This document shows, piece by piece, positions 20,701-29,489 of a stretch of DNA of 32,054 bases. Origin of the DNA: Andalucia godoyi And28 (taxonomy: Eukaryota > Protista > Jakobida). The DNA lies in NCBI GenBank assembly GCA_009859145.1, contig VRVR01000026.1, forward strand, positions 218,381-250,434, written 5' to 3'. A model generated the notes under the pieces. That model did not search any database. It saw only the letters and a program-made list of their open reading frames with translations, and had not been told where the DNA came from. The stretch's first letter is position 1. Each line of letters begins with the position of its first letter. A program made the translations under genes and the position numbers.

Positions 20701-20902
20701 GATGTGAAATAATATATAACAGATTACTTGCTAAGGATATCAACAAAGATGTGGGAGAACTCGAAAGAGAAACAAAAACGACAAAAAAAAAACAAACAGC
20801 ACCAACAACAACAAACAATTAATTTAAAAACACGTCGTGCGCATTCCAGTGCATCCCTGAAAGAAGGTCGATTGACTTTTTTCTTGAACAGTGTGGCTGG
20901 CT

Positions 20903-21068
20903 GGCAGCATGTGTTGATCTCCGATGTGTTTTTGTGGTGGACTTCGACAAACCTTGTTGTGTCGATGCGTCACTGGTACCAAGAGCAACAGTCGCGCTCT
21001 CTTAACATTTGCGAGGGCTACGCAAAGAACCATTTTGGAGCTAGACTGGTGGTTTGTCGCCGTCTGAA
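20903..21068 (-). pseudogene. Possible decayed Fanzor2 C-terminal relic
   Basis: Minus strand gives FRRR (cf. FRQR), CCSW (cf. CxxC), NKVCRSP (20938-20958; cf. NKVFRCP) and CAT CGG A GAT...AT GCT GCC (HR-D..AA; cf. DRDxNAA), in the expected order. Confidence 0.35.
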
Positions 21069-21394
21069 TTTTTTTAAAATTAAAATTATAATTACGTGGA
21101 TGCAAAAGCTCTTGTTCTCACACGTTATATTGAATAATGTAAAAAAATGAAATGCGTAAGAAACCGTTGCCACTTATTGCGATGTGATGAAGCAATCTCA
21201 AGCGCACGCAAACCACAAACACTGCCACGCGCCATGCGCATGCGTTGGTTATCTTGGCAACTCCGTCACGCGATGTCCGATTCGTTTCGCCCCCATTTTG
21301 ATCATGAAATCCCTATAACACACGCCCCCGCGTTGCATTCTCGCACAGCGACGCTCATTTCATTTTCTTATTCTTATTGTCCATGCAACGCACC

Positions 21395-21481
21395 ATGTAC
21401 GTCGCGCCCCGCAACGCCGCGCAAGACCCATGACAATCTCCACCGCCACCTTCCGGCGCTGGGCCGCCGCCAGGAAAGATC
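21395..21481 (+). pseudogene. tnpA: IS607 TnpA (serine recombinase) N-terminal MerR-like HTH fragment
   Basis: CACC-ATG 21395. Removing three single-base insertions gives MYVAPRNAAQTHDISTATFRRWAAAGKI, matching the IS607 TnpA pattern YV.......(Y)DIS..TLRRWA..GKI. Confidence 0.7.
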
Positions 21482-21828
21482 GCCAAGGCAACAACTGCGC
21501 GGCAGATGTTGACACGGGGCCATTATCAATTCCAACAGCGAATGCTCTGCAAAAATCGCGCGAATTCGCGGGGCAGCAGGTGTCGGTTGTGACTTGTGAC
21601 GGAGGAGTGCACGTCTAAAACGTGCGGCCGTTGCGGGGAAATCCATCGCAAGTTGTGTGGAAACAAGGTGTGTTTTGTTGCCCATCATGCAAATGCACGA
21701 TCGACCGCGATTGGAACGGCGCGCGCAACATCTGCATCTATCTTAGGAGCGTCTCTCATGCTGAGGGGCGTGTTGGGGCCTACCCCGTTCCCAATCATGC
21801 TATGCATGTTGTTGGGTTGCAACATTGA
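21476..21828 (+). pseudogene. Fanzor2/TnpB C-terminal fragment (RuvC-II Glu, zinc finger, RuvC-III Asp), three frameshifts
   Basis: Reconstructed: KIAKATTARQMLTRGHYQFQQRMLCK/SREFAGQQVSVV/TEECTSKTCGRCGEIHRKLCGNKV/FCCPSCKCTIDRDWNGARNICIYL. Confidence 0.93.
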
Positions 21829-21876
21829 TTATGGATGATCGGCGATGATTATCCGTGGTTAGTGTACATTGTAGGC
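21767..21876 (+). ncRNA. Putative Fanzor2 omegaRNA scaffold, 3' part (true 5' end may lie inside the ORF)
   Basis: Hairpins: GGGG-CCTA-CCCC (21775-21786); CCCAA.CATGC-TAT-GCATG..TTGGG (21790-21816); GGATGATC-N6-GATTATCC (21833-21854). GCCTAC (21778-21783) is the exact reverse complement of GTAGGC (21871-21876), consistent with a pseudoknot. Confidence 0.7.
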
Positions 21877-21969
21877 GCACAGCGATCATGCGAATAAAGA
21901 AATAACAAAATACCATCATGTTTAAACTTCGTAATTTTTCCACGATTCCGCATGCTTCCTTTCTTTTGA

Positions 21970-24900
21970 TCAAAACTTCATTGCGGGTCTGCCCAATGTT
22001 ACAGTGCCAGATTTACGCCGCCCGGCAACCTTCTTTTCCCTCTCCCTTTCCTCATCTTCCTTCTGCTTCTCCGCTTCGAAAAGCTGCACCTTGTCTGACA
22101 GACCCTGCACAAGACCCTGCAGCTTCGATCTCTCTTCCTTTTCCTTCGCAACGGCTTCTCTGAAGGCAGTTCGTTCTGTTTCTGCGTCCTGGAGGATCTT
22201 TTGGAGCTCATTGGCCAGCGTAATGGTCATTTTTTCAGACTCGCCAAGCTCCTGCTTAGCATCGGCAACCGCGCTCTCCAAGGACTTGATCTTGCAGCGA
22301 AGGTCTTCGACATACTGTTCTTGGCGTTGCGCAGTCTTCTGTCGGTGCTCCACTTCATGCTTTCTCGAAGTCAGTGCAGACTCTGTGTGCGAAAGTTCTT
22401 GCTGAAGTGTTGCCACTTGCTTCTCCTTCACATTCAGACGGTGCTGCAATGACTGCACTCGGTCCTGTGATTCTCGATAAAGCACGCGAAGCCTCTCTGT
22501 TTCCACAACATTCGCATGCGCTCCAGCAGCCCCGATGGAGGAGGAGTCCAAAGACGTATCCATGCGGCATCCGGTGTTGCTGGAGCCCATATGTCTAGAA
22601 ATCGGACCACCGCCTGTCTGCACCGTTGCCGCCGCTGACGACATCAGTTGTTGTTGTTGTGACGGAACGGGGACCTTCTCTTTTCGCAAGCTCCAAAGAG
22701 CAAGACTGGCCGTGGACAGTTTCTGTTGAGCATCCTCGAGATCTTGACTGAGATGTGTGATCCTAGACTGCAAACCCGCGATCTTCTCCGTCTTTGTTTT
22801 CAACAGCGCGTCCTTCTCTCTTAAGGACCTAGATTGTTCGGCAACAGTCCCTGCCGCCTTCCGCTCGGACTCGTCTTTCTCCTTCATGACTGCCTCGAGT
22901 GTAGCTTCTGCCTTTCGCAGCTCGCCTTCACACAACTGGATCGCGGCCTCCAGATCCTGGTTTCGCGATTCCGACTTTTCCAGATTGGTCTGCAGATTTC
23001 GCGCGAGCTGTTCCTCTCTGCTGAGCTTGATTTCCAGAGCGTCCACGGTGTTAGAATACTCGGAAAGAATGGTTGCGTGCTCTGCACAGACTGCGTCCAG
23101 TTGCAATCTTAAATTCTTCTCTTCCGCGGAAGCCTCTTCTAGGACATTTCGATGTTCTTCTTGGAGCTTTTCTGCCAATCCGCTAAGGACCTGAATTTCG
23201 TTTTCCAGCTCCGAGATGCGGTCTCGCAGAACTTGTTCTTTCCAGTCATTGCCCTTGTGTGGTGAATCGGGGCTCTTTAGAGTACTCGTAGTGGCATTTT
23301 GCAAATGGGATTGCTGGAGCATCCTCGTCGTGGACGCAGAGGAGTCAGAGACAGACGATGACGGTGGATTTGACAGTCTCGTTTCCAACGACCGCGAATT
23401 CTCTTTTTCTTTCTGATAAAGCGATTGCGCTCGATCTGTCTTCTTCTTTTGCGCAGATTCTCGTTCAACAGAGTTCTGCAACTGCCCTTGGAGTTCCGAA
23501 ATTAGCTTCTCCCGGTCTCGCAGTTTAAGGTAAAGATTGTTAATGCGCACATCAGGAAGGTCTGCCTGCACATACTGATCTGAAAAGACCTTCGGCCTTT
23601 CCAAAGCGCCAGCAGCTTCCTTCTCTTTCACAGCCTTTTGTTTGGTATTGGAACTTGACATTGCGTGCGTCAAAGGCCGTCGTGCCAAAGTAAGCATATT
23701 CTCCTCCGTCAGACTGCTTGCTTCTAAAGTGGCTGTCAGAGTGATCGTAGATGAATCCACCATTGTGCGGCTGCCTGTCTGTGTCGAGACTTCGCGGGCG
23801 CCAGAATCGATGTCTTGATTATCGACCAACCAACCATTGATGTACGATCTTCTCGTTCTAGACACTGTGGATGGTGCATCGGAAGCACTCCGAATGTCCT
23901 CTGATACTTCCGGCTCCTGAGTTGCAGCGTCTCGCAGCTTCTGCAGTCTCTCTTCAAACTCAGTCTCGAACAATTCAATCTTCTCCTCAGCAAGTGCACG
24001 GTACCGTTCTTCATACGATACTCGAGACATCAAGACCTCGCGTTCAGCCTTCCACTGAGCAGACAGATCTTCCCTCTCCTTTAGAATTCTCTTCTTTTCG
24101 ATTTCCCTCACTGCAATCGTTTGCTCCGAATCCACAACTTTTGTTCTCAACGACTGAATCTGAGCCTCCAACGACTGGATTCGCAAATCTCGCTCTCCAA
24201 CATCTGCGCGTGCTCTTTGCAAATCGCGAAACAGAGCGTTCTTCTTTTGCAAAACCCGATGCAGCTCATCTTCAACTCCTTCGTCTTTCGCCTCGTCCTT
24301 TGGATGATCCTCCCCAGCACTCGCACCCGCACTCACAGTTGCATTTGCATTTGCGTTTTGTTGTTGTGGAATGTACCGAATGACGACCTTCCTAGGTGGC
24401 ATCGCCATTGCATCTACGCCCTGGTCAAGCATCGGGGCCCTCAATACTTGCGTTCCCTTGTCCCGTGAATTCATTCGGAAGTATTCGCTGCTGTCTTCGG
24501 TTTGTGCCCATCGAGCTACAGATTGCGGCCGGATTGTTTGTTCCTGAATTCTCAATCGCAGCTGCTCGTTCTCACGCTGGACCGCTTCGACAAGTAAAAC
24601 ATGCTGCCTGATCATTTCCTCCAAATCATACGCTTTCGAAGATGCCGCAGCGACCTCCTGCATTTTCCTCCTTAAATCTTCTTCCAGCCGTTCAATCTCA
24701 TCTCTCCCAGACTGCAATGCAATTTCCATCCTCGCTGTTTCTGCAATCCTCTGGTCTTTTTCCCTTTGCATGGTTTCTCGTTCCCGCATCACAACGTCTC
24801 TTTCCTTGGTCACGTTATCCTTTTCTCGCTGAATCATTGCTTCCGCAAACGTCGCTCTCCGCTGCAAAGCCTCGTGATCCTTTTCCAATCGCGCGAGCTT

Positions 24901-25773
24901 CGCTCCAAGCGTGGTTGCGCGATCATCCTTTTGCTTAGACGTTGTTTGCCACTTGACAAGATTCGAAAGTGCCTTCGCCTCCTTATCCTTTGATTCTTCT
25001 ACTGCATCTTCCAAGCTCTCAATTCTTGCCGCCTTTTCCGAAACGTCTCTTTCACGCGACGCAAGCTGCTGCGTCAATGCATCGCACATGGAAAGTACTG
25101 ATTCATGCTCCTTTTCAAGCTGCGACAACCTGTGCTTGGCTTCTTCCTCAACTCTGTGAACCTCCTCCTGCCATTCCATTTCTTGCTGTTCTTGGAAACT
25201 CTTCATCTCCTCCAACTGAGTCTGAATGGACATTAGATCACTTTGCGACCGATCGATCTGCTCTCGCAGGGACCGGTTTTCGGCATCCATCTCCTTCCAC
25301 TCTGTCCGAAACCGTTCAGCCAATGCTTGCATCTGCGTTTCATTGGATCTGCTGATCAGTACATCGTTCTCCAATACAAGAATGCGCTGCATCAAACCTT
25401 CTTTTTCGGCAGATCCAGGCACACCAACCTCGGCTTCCGTCTGCACATGTGCATGCACACGCACACCCGTCTCTGAGTCATCGACGGCCGCTTGTGGTTG
25501 CAGTTGCTGCTGCAGCAGCCTCGAAGACTCCGCCACAGCACTTTCTATGAGTTGTTGGAACGACTCCGTCTGCGATGAGCAACTATCAGTGTTCCGTCGA
25601 GCGCCTTGGAGAGACGAGAGCTGCTTGTCTCTCTCCGAAAGCTGAAGCCTCATTGCTGATGACGCTATCCTTTCTGCACTGAGCGATGCTTCAATGTCGG
25701 CAATTCGCTCATTCAACAGTGATATGATACCGTGCGCAACAAGCAGGTCTTCTTCAGAAGATGAACTGCTCAT
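21970..25773 (-). CDS. Long coiled-coil protein, 1267 aa, with multiple QT/TQT-like motifs
   Basis: Intact ATG-initiated ORF with E/K/Q/R/L heptad composition; no specific family recognised. Confidence 0.85.
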   Translation of the reverse strand: MSSSSSEEDLLVAHGIISLLNERIADIEASLSAERIASSAMRLQLSERDKQLSSLQGARRNTDSCSSQTESFQQLIESAVAESSRLLQQQLQPQAAVDDSETGVRVHAHVQTEAEVGVPGSAEKEGLMQRILVLENDVLISRSNETQMQALAERFRTEWKEMDAENRSLREQIDRSQSDLMSIQTQLEEMKSFQEQQEMEWQEEVHRVEEEAKHRLSQLEKEHESVLSMCDALTQQLASRERDVSEKAARIESLEDAVEESKDKEAKALSNLVKWQTTSKQKDDRATTLGAKLARLEKDHEALQRRATFAEAMIQREKDNVTKERDVVMRERETMQREKDQRIAETARMEIALQSGRDEIERLEEDLRRKMQEVAAASSKAYDLEEMIRQHVLLVEAVQRENEQLRLRIQEQTIRPQSVARWAQTEDSSEYFRMNSRDKGTQVLRAPMLDQGVDAMAMPPRKVVIRYIPQQQNANANATVSAGASAGEDHPKDEAKDEGVEDELHRVLQKKNALFRDLQRARADVGERDLRIQSLEAQIQSLRTKVVDSEQTIAVREIEKKRILKEREDLSAQWKAEREVLMSRVSYEERYRALAEEKIELFETEFEERLQKLRDAATQEPEVSEDIRSASDAPSTVSRTRRSYINGWLVDNQDIDSGAREVSTQTGSRTMVDSSTITLTATLEASSLTEENMLTLARRPLTHAMSSSNTKQKAVKEKEAAGALERPKVFSDQYVQADLPDVRINNLYLKLRDREKLISELQGQLQNSVERESAQKKKTDRAQSLYQKEKENSRSLETRLSNPPSSSVSDSSASTTRMLQQSHLQNATTSTLKSPDSPHKGNDWKEQVLRDRISELENEIQVLSGLAEKLQEEHRNVLEEASAEEKNLRLQLDAVCAEHATILSEYSNTVDALEIKLSREEQLARNLQTNLEKSESRNQDLEAAIQLCEGELRKAEATLEAVMKEKDESERKAAGTVAEQSRSLREKDALLKTKTEKIAGLQSRITHLSQDLEDAQQKLSTASLALWSLRKEKVPVPSQQQQLMSSAAATVQTGGGPISRHMGSSNTGCRMDTSLDSSSIGAAGAHANVVETERLRVLYRESQDRVQSLQHRLNVKEKQVATLQQELSHTESALTSRKHEVEHRQKTAQRQEQYVEDLRCKIKSLESAVADAKQELGESEKMTITLANELQKILQDAETERTAFREAVAKEKEERSKLQGLVQGLSDKVQLFEAEKQKEDEEREREKKVAGRRKSGTVTLGRPAMKF

Positions 25774-26228
25774 TCTGGATTGTGTTGAGATGTATCCGTA
25801 CTTCGCTTTTCGAATCCCCCTGTCCTGCGTTTCAGTCCATGTAAATCAAAAGGTACGCTAATGATAATACCAGTGATCGTGGTGATAGTGATGACACGGA
25901 TATTAATAATGACAATAATTAGATAAGGAGCCAAGGATGCTGTATTCTATATGTATGCATGTATATATATATAATAAGCAAATGAATAGAAAATATTAAT
26001 CTTTTTATAAGAGTAGAAAGTGATCCGTTAACATTTGGGGACTCCCGTCAAACTACAGACGTTAGCAACCCCAAAAGAGGATTTTATTAATTAATTAATT
26101 ATTATTCTTGGTTATTTTTTTGATATCTCTTTCTTTCTCGGAAGTTGGAATTTGGGGAACTCAAAAGGGAGAATAAGGGGACAGGAGAGCTCAGAAGAGA
26201 GTACCAGTGCTAACCTGATTCGTGTCAG

Positions 26229-27149
26229 CTAAGGTTCTGCAGCATGATTACCACTTCTGTAAGGACTGGCGTGCACGGGGGCGTCGTCCAGGTTCGATTC
26301 TTCGGAGGAGAGCAAAAGAGGCTGCGAGAGTTCTGATCTGGGAAGCAAATGAAGAGGCAGTGGTTGCTCTCCGTCACTGTGATTCTTGGTCTTGTGCGTC
26401 TCTTCCTGCAGAAAGGCATCAACGGGGACTCGTTTGAGGACCGTTACGACGTAGTCCGGATAGCGAAGCTTGACTACGAATAGTCGAACGATGAATGGAT
26501 ACACCTTGGTATGCAGAATCACGGCTACGATTGTCAACACCCTGGAAACACCACTGGATGATTCGTCGAGTGTCAAGCCGAGAAATTCGCTTCCGAGATT
26601 GAGCAGCACAAGTGTCAGCATGCATATTGAGAACGACACATAGAACCATTTGAGCTGGACCTTCGACATGCGGTTGTTGCGTTGGGCGAGATGCCAGATA
26701 AGCTCGATTCGCGTAACATAAAAGTACACGGTTGTATCGAGAAACACAGTGTCGATTTGCAACACCACGAAGTTGAGCAGCGATGAAGAAAACAGGGAAA
26801 ATGCATTGAACACAAGATCAACAATTCTCATCAAAATGATCAGCACCGAATAGTACCGAACGACCCAACTCAGTTTGGAAAATGCGTTTCCGTAATATCG
26901 TCTTGCTTCGATCATGAACTGGGCCACCAACAGCAAGTGGAATCCAGTGACGAACACAAAAATACACGAGATCCCAACCCAGAGAGGTGTCACAACAGGA
27001 CTTCCGCTCACAAGTAGAAAATAAATTACAGCATACAAAAACAGTGTCGCATACAGCAAGAAGCAGAGAAACGCATGAAATGCTTGGCCGATTGGCGTTG
27101 CCAAGAAGCCGGAATTCAGAAGCCTTCCAACCAAAGGAACGTCCCTCAT
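26229..27149 (-). CDS. Multi-pass (~6 TM) membrane protein of unknown function, 306 aa
   Basis: Six hydrophobic segments and a polar C-tail. First ATG is 27149 (the ORF-track start is TTG). Confidence 0.75.
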   Translation of the reverse strand: MRDVPLVGRLLNSGFLATPIGQAFHAFLCFLLYATLFLYAVIYFLLVSGSPVVTPLWVGISCIFVFVTGFHLLLVAQFMIEARRYYGNAFSKLSWVVRYYSVLIILMRIVDLVFNAFSLFSSSLLNFVVLQIDTVFLDTTVYFYVTRIELIWHLAQRNNRMSKVQLKWFYVSFSICMLTLVLLNLGSEFLGLTLDESSSGVSRVLTIVAVILHTKVYPFIVRLFVVKLRYPDYVVTVLKRVPVDAFLQEETHKTKNHSDGEQPLPLHLLPRSELSQPLLLSSEESNLDDAPVHASPYRSGNHAAEP

Positions 27150-27425
27150 TGAACAATGACCCTCCTTCCTCCTGCGACTTATGCTCTCATGTACCGCGCC
27201 CTGCTTTTCATTCAATGTTCCCCACCGTCCCTCCTTAGATATTTTGAAAAAGCCCCACCTCTTCTGGTATCTCGTACAAAAGAAAAAGGAAAAAAAAAAG
27301 AAAACAAATCACATAAAATAATAACAAGTGCGGAACGCGGCAAACGAACGCGGAAAGAAGATTCAAAGATTGCGACGCAGATCATTCTGTCTCAGCAGAC
27401 CAAACGAAGCCAAAGCCTGAAAACG

Positions 27426-27537
27426 CCTTTTCCATTGTACACGATGCATGGGCGAATCGTTGTTGACCATCCGCATGCAGTCTTCCATCGGAGCCGAGGG
27501 TGAATTCAATTCAGAAGAGCGTAGCCCCCAGTACGCC
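27426..27537 (-). ncRNA. Degenerate omegaRNA scaffold homologous to 21767-21876
   Basis: GGCGTACTGGGGGCTAC (27537-27521) vs GGCGTGTTGGGGCCTAC; GGATGGTC-N6-GATTCGCC (27472-27451) vs GGATGATC-N6-GATTATCC; GTGTACAATG (27442-27433) vs GTGTACATTG. Spacing is the same in both copies. Confidence 0.6.
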
Positions 27538-27560
27538 GAAGCGTTCTTCAAATGGATATG

Positions 27561-27580
27561 ATTTATTTATTTATTTATTT
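27561..27580 (+). repeat. (ATTT)5 microsatellite inside relic C, at the RuvC-III N-I codons
   Basis: Direct reading of the sequence. Confidence 0.9.
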
Positions 27581-27959
27581 TTGCGCACCATTCCAATCTT
27601 TCGATCCCAGACGAGCTAGACATGACGGGGTATCGGAGCACTTTGTTTTCGTCTCTTCGTGCACATGTTTTGCGGAATGCACAAGCGGCAGTTGCGTTGG
27701 ATCCGCATATTGGACACCATTTGGTCGTTGGGTGACAGTGGTTCGTTCCAAACGCATTCGAATAAAAACTCTACATTGTTCAACCGCCTCAGCAAAAGAC
27801 AAGCGACGAATTTTCTTGGAGTTCGTCTCTTCGTGGGCTCTTTCACTGTCAGCTCCACGGATTCATTCGCAAAGGAAAGAAGAAGACCACACAGATACAG
27901 TGCAGCAGCAGCAGAGGAAGAACGGAATCTTTATTATTATTATTAATTTTATTTTAAAC

Positions 27960-29489
27960 TTACATGGAGGATTCCTCGGCAACGTCCGGTCGAGAGGCAG
28001 CCGGGTTATACACGGGTCCTAATCGCAAGTACTCTTTGCACTCGTAGAAATCACGAAGGCCGACAACTTGCTTGAAGGTTGCTTCATTGTATTTGAAGGC
28101 AGCTTCAAGGACCGAGTACTTCTCTAACCTGGCCGGCATTTCGTTTTCCGTGGTTCGGTCCAGCACAAACTGCATCATTCCAGGGTAGTCAAATACTGCA
28201 GAAACACCAAAAGCATGCCTCATGAGCCCACGGAACAGTGCGAACGACGCAACTCGCATATCTGGAGTAAACTGCGAGCGCTTATGAAGAAGGATGCGAA
28301 CCATGACACGGTGTACAATATCGTTGCAAAACTTAAAAAACAGTTCACTGGCAATCTCCGACGATTGAAAGTGCTCAAACACGCGACCGAGGCTCTTCAG
28401 TATAGCAGCTTGCAGAGGTCTTTCCTCTGAAGAGGTGTTGTGATCTTCCACAAACCACAAACGCTCGTTCCATAATGACCGCATAAACGCCGAATACTCC
28501 TCCGTCATGAGCAACCTCGCGATATCATCTTGGTGATGCCTGGATGAAAGAATCTCGGCGATACCATTCGCGACGGAAATGATGCAAGAAGGATCGGAAG
28601 TCCACAGTCGAGACAGAATGCTGATAAGACGCGGGAACTCCCCAGCGCTCATTCCTGTCTTCGCATAGTGAACACAGACGTAATCAACAAAACCATTCGA
28701 TAAGAATCCGAAGTCCGACGTACCAGCTGCTGATTGTTCAAGATGCACAACAGATCGCTCAAGAATTCCTCTTGCCTCCAAGAATGAGCAAAGGCGAAGG
28801 ATGTCCGTCTCTTGCAAGTCCGGTTTCCGAAGCACAGAAATCAGAATTTCCAGCAAAGAAAGCAGCAACAGAGGGTCTTCTGCATGCGGCTCGAACGATT
28901 CAACAAGCTTGTCCACCACCGGATGGTTAACTGGAAAAGAAGCACGGGCCGCAATAATGAGCAAAATCTCGACGCCGCGACAAAAGACGGTCTCTGACGA
29001 CAAACACGCGTCTGCAAAGTTCAGGATGCAAGATTTCAGCAGAGATTCATACTCGATCGACTTGGACAATTCTTCGTAAACCTTACTTATGTGAGCGCTG
29101 ATTTCGAGAGAGTCATCAGTGAACAAAACAGCCAAACATTCCGGAATTCTTGTTGCTTGAAAGTTGGGTGACTTCACCGCTTCAAACAGCAAAACCTGAA
29201 TATTCCGAGCGACAAACGAGCGGATAATGGAGGACTCCGAAGATACCCCAATCGATACAAACTGAGAAAAACTCGGATCCTTCGAAACCGACAAGACGTT
29301 CTGGCGAATAAACCTTGAAAATACAATCAGGGCATCTTCCACTAGTCGGTCTGAATAAACGAACTCATTCTTCAAAAAATCCAACACATCCACAATCGAC
29401 AGATCCGATTCCGAAACAGAAGCCTGAAATGACAACTTTTCAATAATCCTCTTTGCAGAAGTTTCGTCATGTGCAGAAAAGCAGCTCAT
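27960..29489 (-). CDS. PSMD5: 26S proteasome assembly chaperone PSMD5/S5b/Hsm3 (ARM/HEAT repeats), 509 aa
   Basis: Helical-repeat composition. The C-terminus HAFGVSAVFDYPGMMQFVLDRTTE...LEKYSVL...KEYLRLGPVY..PDVAEE matches the PSMD5 tail pattern (PG..EY..DR..E...KY...YL..GPY). Confidence 0.75.
   Translation of the reverse strand: MSCFSAHDETSAKRIIEKLSFQASVSESDLSIVDVLDFLKNEFVYSDRLVEDALIVFSRFIRQNVLSVSKDPSFSQFVSIGVSSESSIIRSFVARNIQVLLFEAVKSPNFQATRIPECLAVLFTDDSLEISAHISKVYEELSKSIEYESLLKSCILNFADACLSSETVFCRGVEILLIIAARASFPVNHPVVDKLVESFEPHAEDPLLLLSLLEILISVLRKPDLQETDILRLCSFLEARGILERSVVHLEQSAAGTSDFGFLSNGFVDYVCVHYAKTGMSAGEFPRLISILSRLWTSDPSCIISVANGIAEILSSRHHQDDIARLLMTEEYSAFMRSLWNERLWFVEDHNTSSEERPLQAAILKSLGRVFEHFQSSEIASELFFKFCNDIVHRVMVRILLHKRSQFTPDMRVASFALFRGLMRHAFGVSAVFDYPGMMQFVLDRTTENEMPARLEKYSVLEAAFKYNEATFKQVVGLRDFYECKEYLRLGPVYNPAASRPDVAEESSM

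Larger units (their letters stand above)
21395..21875 (+). mobile_element. Non-autonomous, internally deleted IS607-type Fanzor2 element (copy B); left end lies somewhere upstream of 21395
   Basis: TnpA HTH start, Fanzor2 C-terminal ~95 codons and a structured 3' RNA, all colinear within ~480 bp. Confidence 0.88.
27426..27870 (-). mobile_element. Decayed Fanzor2 element (copy C): C-terminal ORF relic plus omegaRNA-like 3' end
   Basis: Minus strand, in order: DEL-(H)-KKFVACLL (from 27827), DQMV (27715-27726), KTCAR (27657-27671), ENKVLRY (27630-27650), PSC (27620-27628) and GAT CGA [AA] GAT TGG AAT GGT GCG CAA AAA T (DR-DWNGAQK, 27580-27606). The RNA motifs follow. Confidence 0.8.

Noticed and set aside
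26030-26060. TTGGGGACTCCCGT as an omegaRNA first hairpin
   Set aside because: No downstream GGATG..TC/GATT..CC or GTGTACA module and no convincing ORF relic upstream.
27363-27858. Two-exon small gene made from the minus-strand ORFs
   Set aside because: No good ATG or splice sites (A-rich intron, wrong phase); explained by relic C.
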